Source of the DNA: Candidatus Saccharimonadota bacterium
GTDB lineage: Bacteria > Patescibacteriota > Microgenomatia > UBA1406 > GWC2-37-13
DNA: 32,000 bases
Direction: 5' to 3'
Assembly: GCA_016700135.1 (NCBI GenBank)
Contig: CP065004.1
Span: 840,001-872,000 of the forward strand
Under the pieces are notes generated by a model. That model saw nothing but the letters and a program-made list of their open reading frames with translations, had not been told where the DNA came from and made no database searches. A program made the translations under genes and the position numbers. Positions 10,205-18,902 of this stretch are shown here, piece after piece (the stretch's first letter is position 1; each line of letters starts with the position of its first letter).

Positions 10205-10534
10205 ATGAGAAGAAATAATATACTGAAAAACTCAATACAATCAGGTTTTGAGCTTCTGATAAAATCAGACCTGAGAAACAACGTATTACTGCTTTTTGCA
10301 CTATTTTACGGGATATATTTCGGATTTTTTAAAGGATTGCCTCTCATGCTGGATGTATCATACATAGCTGCTACGGTTTGGCTCATGATTCTGGGTCTGT
10401 TGGCATTGATTGCCGTTCTGAAGATCATTATGATGAGTGTCATCGAAACCAGAAACATTGTATCGTCGATCTATAGCAAAGTAAAAGAGTCACTTCAGCC
10501 TTCTGTCTGGAAGGTCCAATCGGCTCATTCCTGA
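10205..10534 (+). CDS. Hypothetical small membrane protein
   Basis: 109-aa ORF with 2-3 hydrophobic helices. Its stop abuts the stop of the convergent gene at 10535. Confidence 0.5.
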   Translation: MRRNNILKNSIQSGFELLIKSDLRNNVLLLFALFYGIYFGFFKGLPLMLDVSYIAATVWLMILGLLALIAVLKIIMMSVIETRNIVSSIYSKVKESLQPSVWKVQSAHS

Positions 10535-11380
10535 TTAGCGCGTGACGGGAAGACCAGTAGGAAGTTCGTATGCAATACCGTTTACGACAATCCGGTGTGC
10601 ATCACCTTCAAGCGGTGAAACATGAGGTGTGGCGGCAAGAATCTGATTTCTTCTGGACCATGACTTTGCAAATCCGGGAATATGCCAACCTTGGTGATAG
10701 TACGTAAAAGTAACCGGACGGATTTTCGGGTCAATCCCCGATTCCTCACATGAAGCGGCGATCATTCCCGGTGTGATCAGTCCTGCAGTATCAAACGGCC
10801 GTTCCGTTTGTCCGTCAAAATGACTCGGCGCCGGATTCACGAATCGTCTTTCGACAATATTGTCTCCATCTGCCAGATAGGTATAACTCTTCTTAGCAGC
10901 TTTTTTTAATGCTTCATCAGTGAGTGCCAGCTCGTCCTGTGTAAGGACAATATCCCCCCGGAAAAGCGGCATATGGGTGTCTCCGTCAAGATCAATCTCG
11001 CGGACATATTTCCCTGCCATTACCCTGGCAGGTCCTCCCTGTGGTCTTTGGAGGCCGGCAATATGCAGGCCGTCATGCCAGGCTATCACGGTACCCAATG
11101 CTCTTGCAATATCAGGATCATCACTATCTGTCGGTTCTGTGCCGAACATAAGCGCTACTTCATTCAGCGGCCAGCGTACTACTCTCCAGCTGAGGCGGTC
11201 AAACTGCAGGTCAGGAAGCTCAACCGGGTATCCGAGTTCTTCACACAACAACGCTGTCATTTGTTCAGGATCCATTTGGCCATACTCAACCGGAGACTCA
11301 GAAGGAAGGCAATGGTCAAATACTTCCAGATCAGTGGTTTTTCCGAAATCATTTGCATGTCGTGCGAGATATTCACTCAT
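10535..11380 (-). CDS. Hypothetical acidic cytoplasmic protein (GC-rich orphan)
   Basis: 281-aa ORF. Hand counts on lines 10741 and 11041 give ~53% and ~58% GC, against ~32% on line 10261 next door. Upstream on the minus strand lies TTGCTA-N17-TATAAT, 9 nt before the ATG. No family recognised. Confidence 0.6.
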   Translation of the reverse strand: MSEYLARHANDFGKTTDLEVFDHCLPSESPVEYGQMDPEQMTALLCEELGYPVELPDLQFDRLSWRVVRWPLNEVALMFGTEPTDSDDPDIARALGTVIAWHDGLHIAGLQRPQGGPARVMAGKYVREIDLDGDTHMPLFRGDIVLTQDELALTDEALKKAAKKSYTYLADGDNIVERRFVNPAPSHFDGQTERPFDTAGLITPGMIAASCEESGIDPKIRPVTFTYYHQGWHIPGFAKSWSRRNQILAATPHVSPLEGDAHRIVVNGIAYELPTGLPVTR

Positions 11381-11507
11381 ATTGGCTGCATTATAATGTT
11401 CATTATAAGAAATAGCAACGATCAGGCGTTTTTTTTACGCATTTGATAAGTCAAAACCTCCTGTGGTTGTACAGTTAAATTGGAAAGACATAATGCGGTT
11501 GGTTATA

Positions 11508-12443
11508 TCATTCTTTCTCGGTAGGTATCTTCTTTTTAAAACTAATGAGAATAATCGATGTCACCAAAATGATGATCCCGATTATATTTGCCAAACTCAG
11601 TTGCTGCGGTGCGCCGTACGGGTTAAGCGGAGTTACTGCAATCAGGATACTTACGACCGGAAACATCAGCTCGGCAATCGTTGAAATTTTTGCTTCAGTC
11701 GCCTGAAGTCCCTTGTAATACAGATACACCGCAAATGCTCCACCCGTCAGCCCTGCGATGACAATAAATCTCCAGATTTGATCGTAATTGAGATTCATAA
11801 CATTGTATGTTTCTCCCAGGAAAAGCGAAAAGATGTATGCTACCGGTACGGCAAGCAGGAACCGAAGTGCAGATACCGCAGGATACGGCAGTTTATTAAG
11901 GGAGTGTTTGCTGAGGACTGTCCCCGACCCCCATGCAGCAGCTGCCCCTATTGCCAAAAGGAAAACGAGTTCTTTCCCGATAAACTGCAGTTTTACGGGT
12001 TCAAATCCGAAGCTGATCAGGTAACTTCCGAACAATGCACACGCGGCAAGCGCAATAAAGCGTGATGAAATTTTCTCTTTTAAAAAAATTGCGGAAAACA
12101 CAATGACAAAAATCGGCTGAAGTTTTTGCAACAGAATCGGAGTTACAAAGTCAAATTCAGCAAAACTTTTTGCAAGAGCCTCCGTGAAAAGAATGGTCCC
12201 TGCAACGCTGCTGACTACGGTCATCATGAGAAGTATCCCCCATTCTTTCGTCTTCAGCGATTTGATTTTACTGAGATATTTGAAAAAGAATGGACTCAAA
12301 AATAGGAAACCAATCGCATGTTCGATCATGACAATGCTTGCAGGAGGGATAGTAAAGGTAAGCTGAGTACGGAATATCGCATCTATTGCCCAGAGTGATG
12401 CGGCAATCATGATAAATACGGGCGCGATTCGGGATTGAGACAT
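11508..12443 (-). CDS. EamA/DMT-family transporter; candidate riboflavin importer (RibN/ImpX-like) by riboswitch context
   Basis: About 10 TM helices in two EamA-like halves. ATG 12443 (MSQSRIAPVF...) is preferred over TTG 12455. It lies directly downstream of an FMN riboswitch on the same strand. Confidence 0.85.
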   Translation of the reverse strand: MSQSRIAPVFIMIAASLWAIDAIFRTQLTFTIPPASIVMIEHAIGFLFLSPFFFKYLSKIKSLKTKEWGILLMMTVVSSVAGTILFTEALAKSFAEFDFVTPILLQKLQPIFVIVFSAIFLKEKISSRFIALAACALFGSYLISFGFEPVKLQFIGKELVFLLAIGAAAAWGSGTVLSKHSLNKLPYPAVSALRFLLAVPVAYIFSLFLGETYNVMNLNYDQIWRFIVIAGLTGGAFAVYLYYKGLQATEAKISTIAELMFPVVSILIAVTPLNPYGAPQQLSLANIIGIIILVTSIILISFKKKIPTEKE

Positions 12444-12545
12444 AAGAATGTTCAATGAAATTTAATAATGAAGTCCGATCAGGAGATTTTCCACAAAAGA
12501 AGATACTACATAATCTCCAGCCATGGCATAGAGAATGAATAGTTG

Positions 12546-12732
12546 CCTTCTTTCATCCCGATTGTAATCGGGATTGTCACTTTCGTGACATCCGGACTGT
12601 ACCGTCGGCTCCGGAGTTGTCATAAACTCACCGGATCCTGCGTTGATCCGCCGTCTGGCGGGTCGCGGCTCGTGGGCTGTACCACCGATTGGGAATTGTC
12701 TGATTGAAATCGGACTCACCCTACCCTGAAGG
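12546..12732 (-). promoter_or_regulatory. FMN riboswitch (RFN element)
   Basis: The minus strand reads CCTTCAGGGTAGGGTGA[19-nt insert]ATTCCCAATCGGTGGTACAGCCCACGAGCC...CCGCCAGACGGCGG...GGATCCGGTGAGTTTATGACAACTCCGGAGCCGACGGTACAGTCCGGATG[two extra hairpins]AAAGAAGG. It matches the conserved RFN blocks GGGTGAAATTCCC, ACCGGCGGTA, AGCCCGCGAGC, GGTGA..CCGACAGT and AGTCTGGATG. It also has the P1 pairing CCTTC/GAAGG. An extended -10 (TGTATACT) lies at 12742-12749. Confidence 0.85.
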
Positions 12733-12820
12733 AACATCATTAGTATACAGGATAATTGTTCATATGGGATCAACATATCTTGTTTTTGTGTTTAGGTTTC
12801 TGTACTATATGTATATCCCT

Positions 12821-14041
12821 ATGAGGAAACTTCATCTAAACTACAATATTTACGGTGCCTTCTTTGTGTTGGTAATTATGGGCCTGACTGCAGTTACGTA
12901 CCTCACGACGGCCAGTAATCGGGAATCACATACCGTCCAATCACAGGCTGCCGGAACGTGCGGTGCGAACTGTGACAATAAAAGTGTGTGGATCAGTGAT
13001 TGTTTGCGATACAACGGCAGTGACAAAACGGCACAGTGCAATGACTGGTTCAATGCTGAGTGTTCAGCGTGTGGAAATTCCGTCCCTACCACGGCCCCGG
13101 ATACGGGGGGAGGCAATGATACTGGAGACAACACAGTACCGTTTGATCCAACTGCCACAGCAAATGATCCAGCCGTCCAAAATTTGTGCGGGGCAAATCC
13201 CAACGATCCGCGTTGCTGCAGAATCAATGAATGGAAAAATACCAATCTCGGAACAAACTTCAGAGAATGTTCGGGAGGAACAGGAGATAATAATACTCCG
13301 ACTGCCACACCGACAATTATGCCGGGAGGTACAGGAAGTTGTAACAACGGCCAAATACCGAACGGCAGCTGGGCTTGTTTTAGCCGAACCGAGGTGATTC
13401 AGTGTGTGAACGGTTCGTATCAAAATAAAACCAGCTGTACGAGTTGTACCGGTATCAGTGCAAATAAAAGCAGCATTTGTACAGGAGCGGGAAGCTCGCA
13501 ACCTACAAAAACACCATGCGAACAAAACAATCCATCGTATACTGTATGTCCTGCAGCTGGCAACAAATGTATCACCCGCGATGATTGTAACCAGCTTTCA
13601 AAAAATGCTCCTTCAAAAACACCATGCGATCAGGGTAATGCTTCTTACACTATTTGTGCCGTTGCTGGTAATAAATGTATTACCCGTGATGACTGTAATA
13701 CCTTAAGTAGGAATGCAGCTCTTTCTCCTACCCCGACAGTTGTCCAAACCGCAAACCCTGATGCATGCGGCCAGCCAGGAGCAAGCTGCTGCGGTACTGC
13801 TTTCGGAGGATCTGCCTGTGTGACAAACGGATATGAATGTATTGCAGGAAAGTGTCGGGTCGGATACGCGGGGTTTGATGACTCAAGTGTGACGCAAGTT
13901 CAGACTAAATTACTGGAGTGTACAACCGGTTCTTCCGGTGTCCAATGCACCAAGCCTGAAGTCATTACCGTCGATCAGGAGTTAATATTTAACGGATGCT
14001 TTGCGCTCCCCAATAATCAAGGCTTCATGTGCGCTGAATAA
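12821..14041 (+). CDS. Cys-rich secreted/anchored protein with an internal tandem repeat
   Basis: The start was moved to ATG 12821 (MRKLHLNYNIYGAFFVLVIMGLTAV... signal/anchor) because the upstream part of ORF 12704 overlies the riboswitch. Cysteines are numerous throughout. No family recognised. Confidence 0.7.
   Translation: MRKLHLNYNIYGAFFVLVIMGLTAVTYLTTASNRESHTVQSQAAGTCGANCDNKSVWISDCLRYNGSDKTAQCNDWFNAECSACGNSVPTTAPDTGGGNDTGDNTVPFDPTATANDPAVQNLCGANPNDPRCCRINEWKNTNLGTNFRECSGGTGDNNTPTATPTIMPGGTGSCNNGQIPNGSWACFSRTEVIQCVNGSYQNKTSCTSCTGISANKSSICTGAGSSQPTKTPCEQNNPSYTVCPAAGNKCITRDDCNQLSKNAPSKTPCDQGNASYTICAVAGNKCITRDDCNTLSRNAALSPTPTVVQTANPDACGQPGASCCGTAFGGSACVTNGYECIAGKCRVGYAGFDDSSVTQVQTKLLECTTGSSGVQCTKPEVITVDQELIFNGCFALPNNQGFMCAE
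13508..13717 (+). repeat. Tandem 108-bp (36-aa) coding repeat, two diverged copies
   Basis: KTPCEQNNPSYTVCPAAGNKCITRDDCNQLSKNAPS is followed by KTPCDQGNASYTICAVAGNKCITRDDCNTLSRNA. The TGC codons at 13517 and 13625 are 108 nt apart. Confidence 0.8.
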
Positions 14042-14044
14042 CGT

Positions 14045-14449
14045 ATGAACAAACTCAAATTAAAACACAGAATATTTATGTTTATCGCTATTGCGATTGC
14101 ATTAGGTCTGACTACGACAATCTCTCCCCGGTTTTTTATTGCAGATTCTCCCGAGGTAAACACCCAATTTATCGCTGAGCTTCGTGATATTCCGGCCGAC
14201 ACCATAGCATTTATTCAGAATATCGGAGCAAGCCCTGCCGAACGGGAAATCGCGGAACTTGAAAGAAAATCAATTCCCGGTACTCCGGTCGATGCTGAGT
14301 TTCAAGCTATTGCTCCCGGAGTTCATGCTGCCGAGTCGCTGCAGGAGGGGGCCTCCTATATCAAAGTGGATGCAGGTACAAAACTTGAGGTTCGGACGGT
14401 CACTCTCGATGACGGACGTCGTGTCAAAGTTTATATCCCGGTTCAGTAA
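14045..14449 (+). CDS. Hypothetical small secreted/anchored protein
   Basis: 134-aa ORF with an N-terminal hydrophobic signal/anchor (IFMFIAIAIALGLTTT). It starts 3 nt after the preceding gene. Confidence 0.6.
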   Translation: MNKLKLKHRIFMFIAIAIALGLTTTISPRFFIADSPEVNTQFIAELRDIPADTIAFIQNIGASPAEREIAELERKSIPGTPVDAEFQAIAPGVHAAESLQEGASYIKVDAGTKLEVRTVTLDDGRRVKVYIPVQ

Positions 14450-14484
14450 TTTGTCCTTTCTTCTCTCAGCGGCTATAATACGGT

Positions 14485-15249
14485 ATGAAATACAAAATGC
14501 TTGCCCTTGATATCGATGATACTATTGTGACGGAGGCCGGCATGGAAGTCTCACCCGAGGTATATAAAGCGCTTCAAAAGGCATCAGAGAAAGTGACTAT
14601 AACATTTGTCACAGCTCGTGCTATCAATAGATTTCAAGAGTTTCTTGACACCTTAAATCTTCCTAAAGGGTATCATGTGGTAGAAAACGGTGCAAAAGTG
14701 CTTGATCCCCAGGGCAATCTGGAATTTGACCTCTCTCTCCCCCATGAAGAAGTCGAAGAAATACTCAATGCGGCGGAACCTTACTATTTGGAAATGGGTT
14801 TTCTGGTCGACGAATATTGGAAAGATGATATCCTGACAATCGGTCCCGAAAACACCGTGACAGGTGTTTCGTTTACCTGCTCATCCGAAACGCAGGCGCA
14901 GCTTCTTGAAGAAGCCGTACATCAACTCTCCCACGATTACGCACTCTATATCGGTAAACACTGGACCAATCCTGATGAATGGAAAGGCATTCTGGTGTTT
15001 CATAAAGATGCGACAAAAGGGAACGGCATGCGCCATATTCAAGAAAAGCTCGGTATTAAACCCGCAGAAACAATAGCGGTCGGTGACGGTGCCACAGATA
15101 TTCATATGTTTGATGCCGCAGGTGTGAAAGTAGCCATGGGGAATGCGGTTCCTGAGCTAATAAATGCTGCAGATTATGTCGCGCCTGATGTTAAAGAAGA
15201 CGGAATACTTACAGTTCTTGATACGTTTATTTTTGATACCAAGAAATAA
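14485..15249 (+). CDS. HAD-superfamily hydrolase, Cof-like (subfamily IIB)
   Basis: LALDIDDT (DxD nucleophile motif), TARA and GDGATD motifs; ~254 aa. Confidence 0.85.
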   Translation: MKYKMLALDIDDTIVTEAGMEVSPEVYKALQKASEKVTITFVTARAINRFQEFLDTLNLPKGYHVVENGAKVLDPQGNLEFDLSLPHEEVEEILNAAEPYYLEMGFLVDEYWKDDILTIGPENTVTGVSFTCSSETQAQLLEEAVHQLSHDYALYIGKHWTNPDEWKGILVFHKDATKGNGMRHIQEKLGIKPAETIAVGDGATDIHMFDAAGVKVAMGNAVPELINAADYVAPDVKEDGILTVLDTFIFDTKK

Positions 15250-15250
15250 T

Positions 15251-16621
15251 TCAGACCTGCGAAAGATATTGATCGACGTCAAACTTTCTTTTCAAACCGT
15301 TTGCATTCATATATCTGATTTTTCCGTAAATAGAGCGTTCAAACCATGGGCGATCATGGACACCTCCGATCGACCAGGCACAGCCGACATAGCCGTTGGG
15401 ATCTCTCCCGTCAAGCTCGTATTTGTCATTCAAATATACTGCTATTTCCATCGCCTCCTGTGCGGTCTTTGTCCATTCTAGAATTTTTTTTGCCCAGTAC
15501 ATCCGCATATAGCCGTGCATTTTCCCTTTATCGACCATTTCTATCTGTGCCTTATTCCATATCTCGTCATGGGTCTTGCCTTGTTCAAATTCTTTTAACG
15601 TATAGACGTATTCTCTTCTGTCCTTGAGATGTTCGTTCAAACTTTTTTTCGACCAATCCGGAAAGCCACGGTAAGAATCGTATTCTGAATTATAGTTGCA
15701 GTAATTATCCGCGAGCTCTCTTCTGATTATCAGTTCTTCTAAAAATGCTTCCTTGTCCTCATTCGGTGCAATTGATTGTTGTATATTCAGGGATATGTAC
15801 TGTGCTGAGATTTGGCCGAAATGAAGATACGGGGAGAGATTTGACTGTGCATTTAGATTCGGGTTATTGCTTTTTTCGCCGTATCCACGAAGACGCGTTT
15901 CGATAAATTCTTTCATCATATGTTTTGCGGCCTTTTCCCCGGGGTTGAGCCATGTGACAGCTTTTACTTCTCTGTTACACGAGAGCTTATTTGTAACGCC
16001 TTCCCATTCTGTATTGTGAAGCGATATCGAATGAGGTATGTTCTTTCCGACATTCGGAAATGCAGTGAGAAATTGTTTCAACTTTTTCTGAATTTTGGGA
16101 CGTATGGTACGTGCGGCAAACTCCTGTCTGGGAGAGGCTTCCCAAACGGGGACAATATTATGTGCATCAACTTCATAAAAAGGGATAGTCGTGTTTCGAG
16201 CAATGCTTGTTCTCCACTCCCTTCCAATTCTGAGGGGTGAAAAATCAGTCACTAATTCTTTTACATCATATCTGAATGTTAGTTTAGGAATTTCTTCTAT
16301 CGGATCACCGATTTGAAGGATAAACGGGATATAAAGTTTCTTCAGAGAGGTATCAATTTCTTTTAGTCCTTTGAGCATAAAATCATAATGTCTCAATGTT
16401 GCTCCGGGAAAATTCGGAGTAAGTACGAAGAAAACAACAAGAGGCAGATTGTTTTTCTTTGATAGTTCCTGCGCATACAGCAATGCCCAGTTCTCGGACA
16501 CACGCTGATCGCGACTCATCCAGTATGCGATCGCTGAGCCGCTGCTTGTGGTTTGGGTATTGAGCTTTCTGATTCTCTCTTTCTGAATCATATCTATATT
16601 ATAATGGGTTATTACATTCAT
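15251..16621 (-). CDS. phr: Class II CPD photolyase
   Basis: YWMSRDQRVSENWAL, GYMRMYWAKKILEW and DPNGYVGCAWSIGGVHDRPW are class II photolyase hallmarks. An alternative start lies at M11 (16591). Confidence 0.9.
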   Translation of the reverse strand: MNVITHYNIDMIQKERIRKLNTQTTSSGSAIAYWMSRDQRVSENWALLYAQELSKKNNLPLVVFFVLTPNFPGATLRHYDFMLKGLKEIDTSLKKLYIPFILQIGDPIEEIPKLTFRYDVKELVTDFSPLRIGREWRTSIARNTTIPFYEVDAHNIVPVWEASPRQEFAARTIRPKIQKKLKQFLTAFPNVGKNIPHSISLHNTEWEGVTNKLSCNREVKAVTWLNPGEKAAKHMMKEFIETRLRGYGEKSNNPNLNAQSNLSPYLHFGQISAQYISLNIQQSIAPNEDKEAFLEELIIRRELADNYCNYNSEYDSYRGFPDWSKKSLNEHLKDRREYVYTLKEFEQGKTHDEIWNKAQIEMVDKGKMHGYMRMYWAKKILEWTKTAQEAMEIAVYLNDKYELDGRDPNGYVGCAWSIGGVHDRPWFERSIYGKIRYMNANGLKRKFDVDQYLSQV

Positions 16622-16633
16622 TTTCTTAATGTT

Positions 16634-18102
16634 ATGCCCAAAAAAGTAATTATTATCGGTTCCGGTTTTGGTGGCTTGTCGAGTGCTGCGCTTCTTGCGA
16701 AAGCCGGATATGACGTCACCGTTCTTGAAAAAAATAAATCTCCTGGCGGTCGTGCTATGCAGTTTTCAGAAAAAGGATTCACTTTTGATATGGGACCATC
16801 ATGGTATATGATGCCTGAGGTGTTTGATCGATATTTTGCACATTTTGGCAAGACTCCGTCATCATTCTACAAGCTGGTTCACCTTGATCCTCATTATCGC
16901 ATCTTTTTTAGCAAAGATGATGTCCTCGATATGCTTCCAGATAAAGACAAAAACTTTGAAGCATTCGAAAAGATCGAGCCCGGTTCCGTTGAAAAATAAA
17001 ACAATATCTTGAAAAGAGTGAAGAACTGTATGAAATTGCGATGAAGTATTTTGTGTATAAAAATTATGATTCCGTGTTTGATATGTTTGATATGAAGTTT
17101 GCCGGTGTTGCCGCCAAAATGCCGGTGTTCTCTACAATGAATTCATATATTTCCAAGTACGTCACAGATGATAGACTTAAGAAAATTTTGCTCTATACGA
17201 CCGTATTTATCGGCGGTGTCCCTGACAATACTCCAGCTCTTTACACGTTAATGTCTCACATCGACTTCAATGTGGGTGTGTTTTATCCGATGGGTGGAAT
17301 GTACAGTATCGTTCAGGCACTTCAGGATGTGTGTAATGAGCAAAACGTGACGATAAAGCTCGGTACACCTGTTGAGAAGATCAACGTGAAAGCCGGAAAA
17401 GCAGTCTCTGTCACAGCAGGTGGGAAGGAATATGTAGCGGATATTATTCTATCAAATGCAGATATGCCTCATACGGAAATGGCGCTTCTTGATGAAAAAT
17501 ATCAGACTTACCCCAAAAAGTATTGGGAGAAAAAGACAATTGCCCCCTCTGCTTTTATTCTGTACTTAGGTGTAAAAGGAAAAATTAAAAACCTGAAACA
17601 CCATACCCTCTTTTTCACCTATGATTGGGAAAAACATTTTGCTGATATGTACAAAAAGCCGGAGTGGCCTGATGAACCTTCGATGTATATCTGTTGTCCT
17701 TCAAAAACAGATCCGTCTGTTGCACCGATTGGTGATGAGAATCTGTTTATTTTGGTACCGATTGCTCCGGGACTTTCTGACACTCCGGAAATTCGCAGAC
17801 GATATGAAGCGAAAATAATCGATATCTTGGAAGAGACGTTGGATGAATCCATTCAGGATAGATTGATCGTCAAAAAATCTCTCTCAATCAACGACTATAA
17901 ATCTCTCTACAATGCGTATCAGGGAACAGCCCTCGGAATTGCTCCGAACTTCTTTCAAACGGCTTTTTTCAGGCCGAATAATTTCAGTAAGAAGGTAAAA
18001 AATCTGTATTATGTCGGACAGGATACTGTGCCCGGTGTCGGTGTCCCAATGGCACTGATATCTGCTGAGTTAGCAGTTGAACGCATCACAAATGCCGAGT
18101 AA
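16634..18102 (+). pseudogene. crtI: Phytoene desaturase (CrtI family) interrupted by one frameshift at an A5 run
   Basis: MPKKVIIIGSGFGGLSSAALLAKAGYDVTVLEKNKSPGGRA is the FAD fold. Frame 1 ends ...EPGSVEK* at 16997-16999. The -1 frame continues KIKQYLEKSEELYEIAMKYFVYKNY... to ...YYVGQDTVPGVGVPMALISAE. One extra A in the run 16992-16996 would restore a single ORF of ~489 aa. Confidence 0.85.
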
Positions 18103-18902
18103 GCAGGAGATTTTTCGTCAAGGGAGCACAACATATTACTTTTCAAGCATCTTTTTTCCTCCCGATGTCCGAGAAAAAAGTCTTTACGCTCTACGCGTAT
18201 GTCCGTACAGCCGATGATTATGTGGATGCAGTTCCTCAGGATGCCGCAGGTTTTCATCGATTCAAACAAATGACGCTGGATGCTTTGGAGGGCAGAAAAG
18301 TTCCGGATGTTATTATCAGTGAGTTTATTGATTTGGCACGGAAAGAACAGATTAAAAGTGACTGGATTCTTGCTTTTCTCTCTGCTATGGAGCAGGACTT
18401 GACCGTGAAAACATACGAGACATATCAGGATCTTGAAAAATATATGTACGGCTCGGCAGAAGTTGTCGGTCTTGCAATGGCACGTATTCTCAACCTGCCG
18501 GAGAAATCGTTACAAGCCGCACAACTTCAAGGTAAGGCTATGCAGCTTATCAATTTTATAAGAGACATCCGGGAAGATCTTGTATTCGGAAGGGTTTATA
18601 TCCCGCAGGAAGATTTGCAAAAGTTTCATATTACAGAACTGAATGAACACGTTGATCCGGAACAGTTTTCAGCTCTTATTCGATTTGAGACAGAACGGTA
18701 CCTAAGCCTGCAAAAACAAGCTGAGAGCGGATATGCATACATACCCCGTCGGTATAGAATTCCTGTACAGACGGCCTCTGCTATGTATAATTGGACTGCA
18801 AGACAGATTATTCAAAACCCTATGATGATTTTTGAGAAAAAAATTAAACCTCATCCCTTACGAGTGATGAGTACCGTTATGAACTATTTAATAAAAGGAT
18901 GA
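18092..18902 (+). pseudogene. crtB: Phytoene synthase interrupted by one frameshift at an A6 run
   Basis: ATG 18092 overlaps the crtI stop and reads MPSKQEIFRQGSTTYYFSSIFFPPDVREK. The +1 frame (ORF 18165-18902) continues VFTLYAYVRTADDYVD...YMYGSAEVVGLAM...NFIRDIREDL. One A fewer in 18174-18179 restores the frame. Confidence 0.85.

Noticed and set aside
12462-12776. 104-aa minus-strand ORF, and the 5' extension of plus-strand ORF 12704-14041
   Set aside because: Both lie on the FMN riboswitch aptamer. The GC-rich structured RNA explains the open frames. The plus-strand gene has a convincing signal-anchor start at ATG 12821.
16988-18182. Programmed ribosomal frameshifting or transcriptional slippage at the crtI and crtB A-runs
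   Set aside because: The runs are only 5-6 A long. There is no X XXY YYZ heptamer or obvious downstream stimulatory structure. The two sites need opposite shift directions. Simple indels, real or artefactual, are more parsimonious. The sites are still kept as a finding to check.
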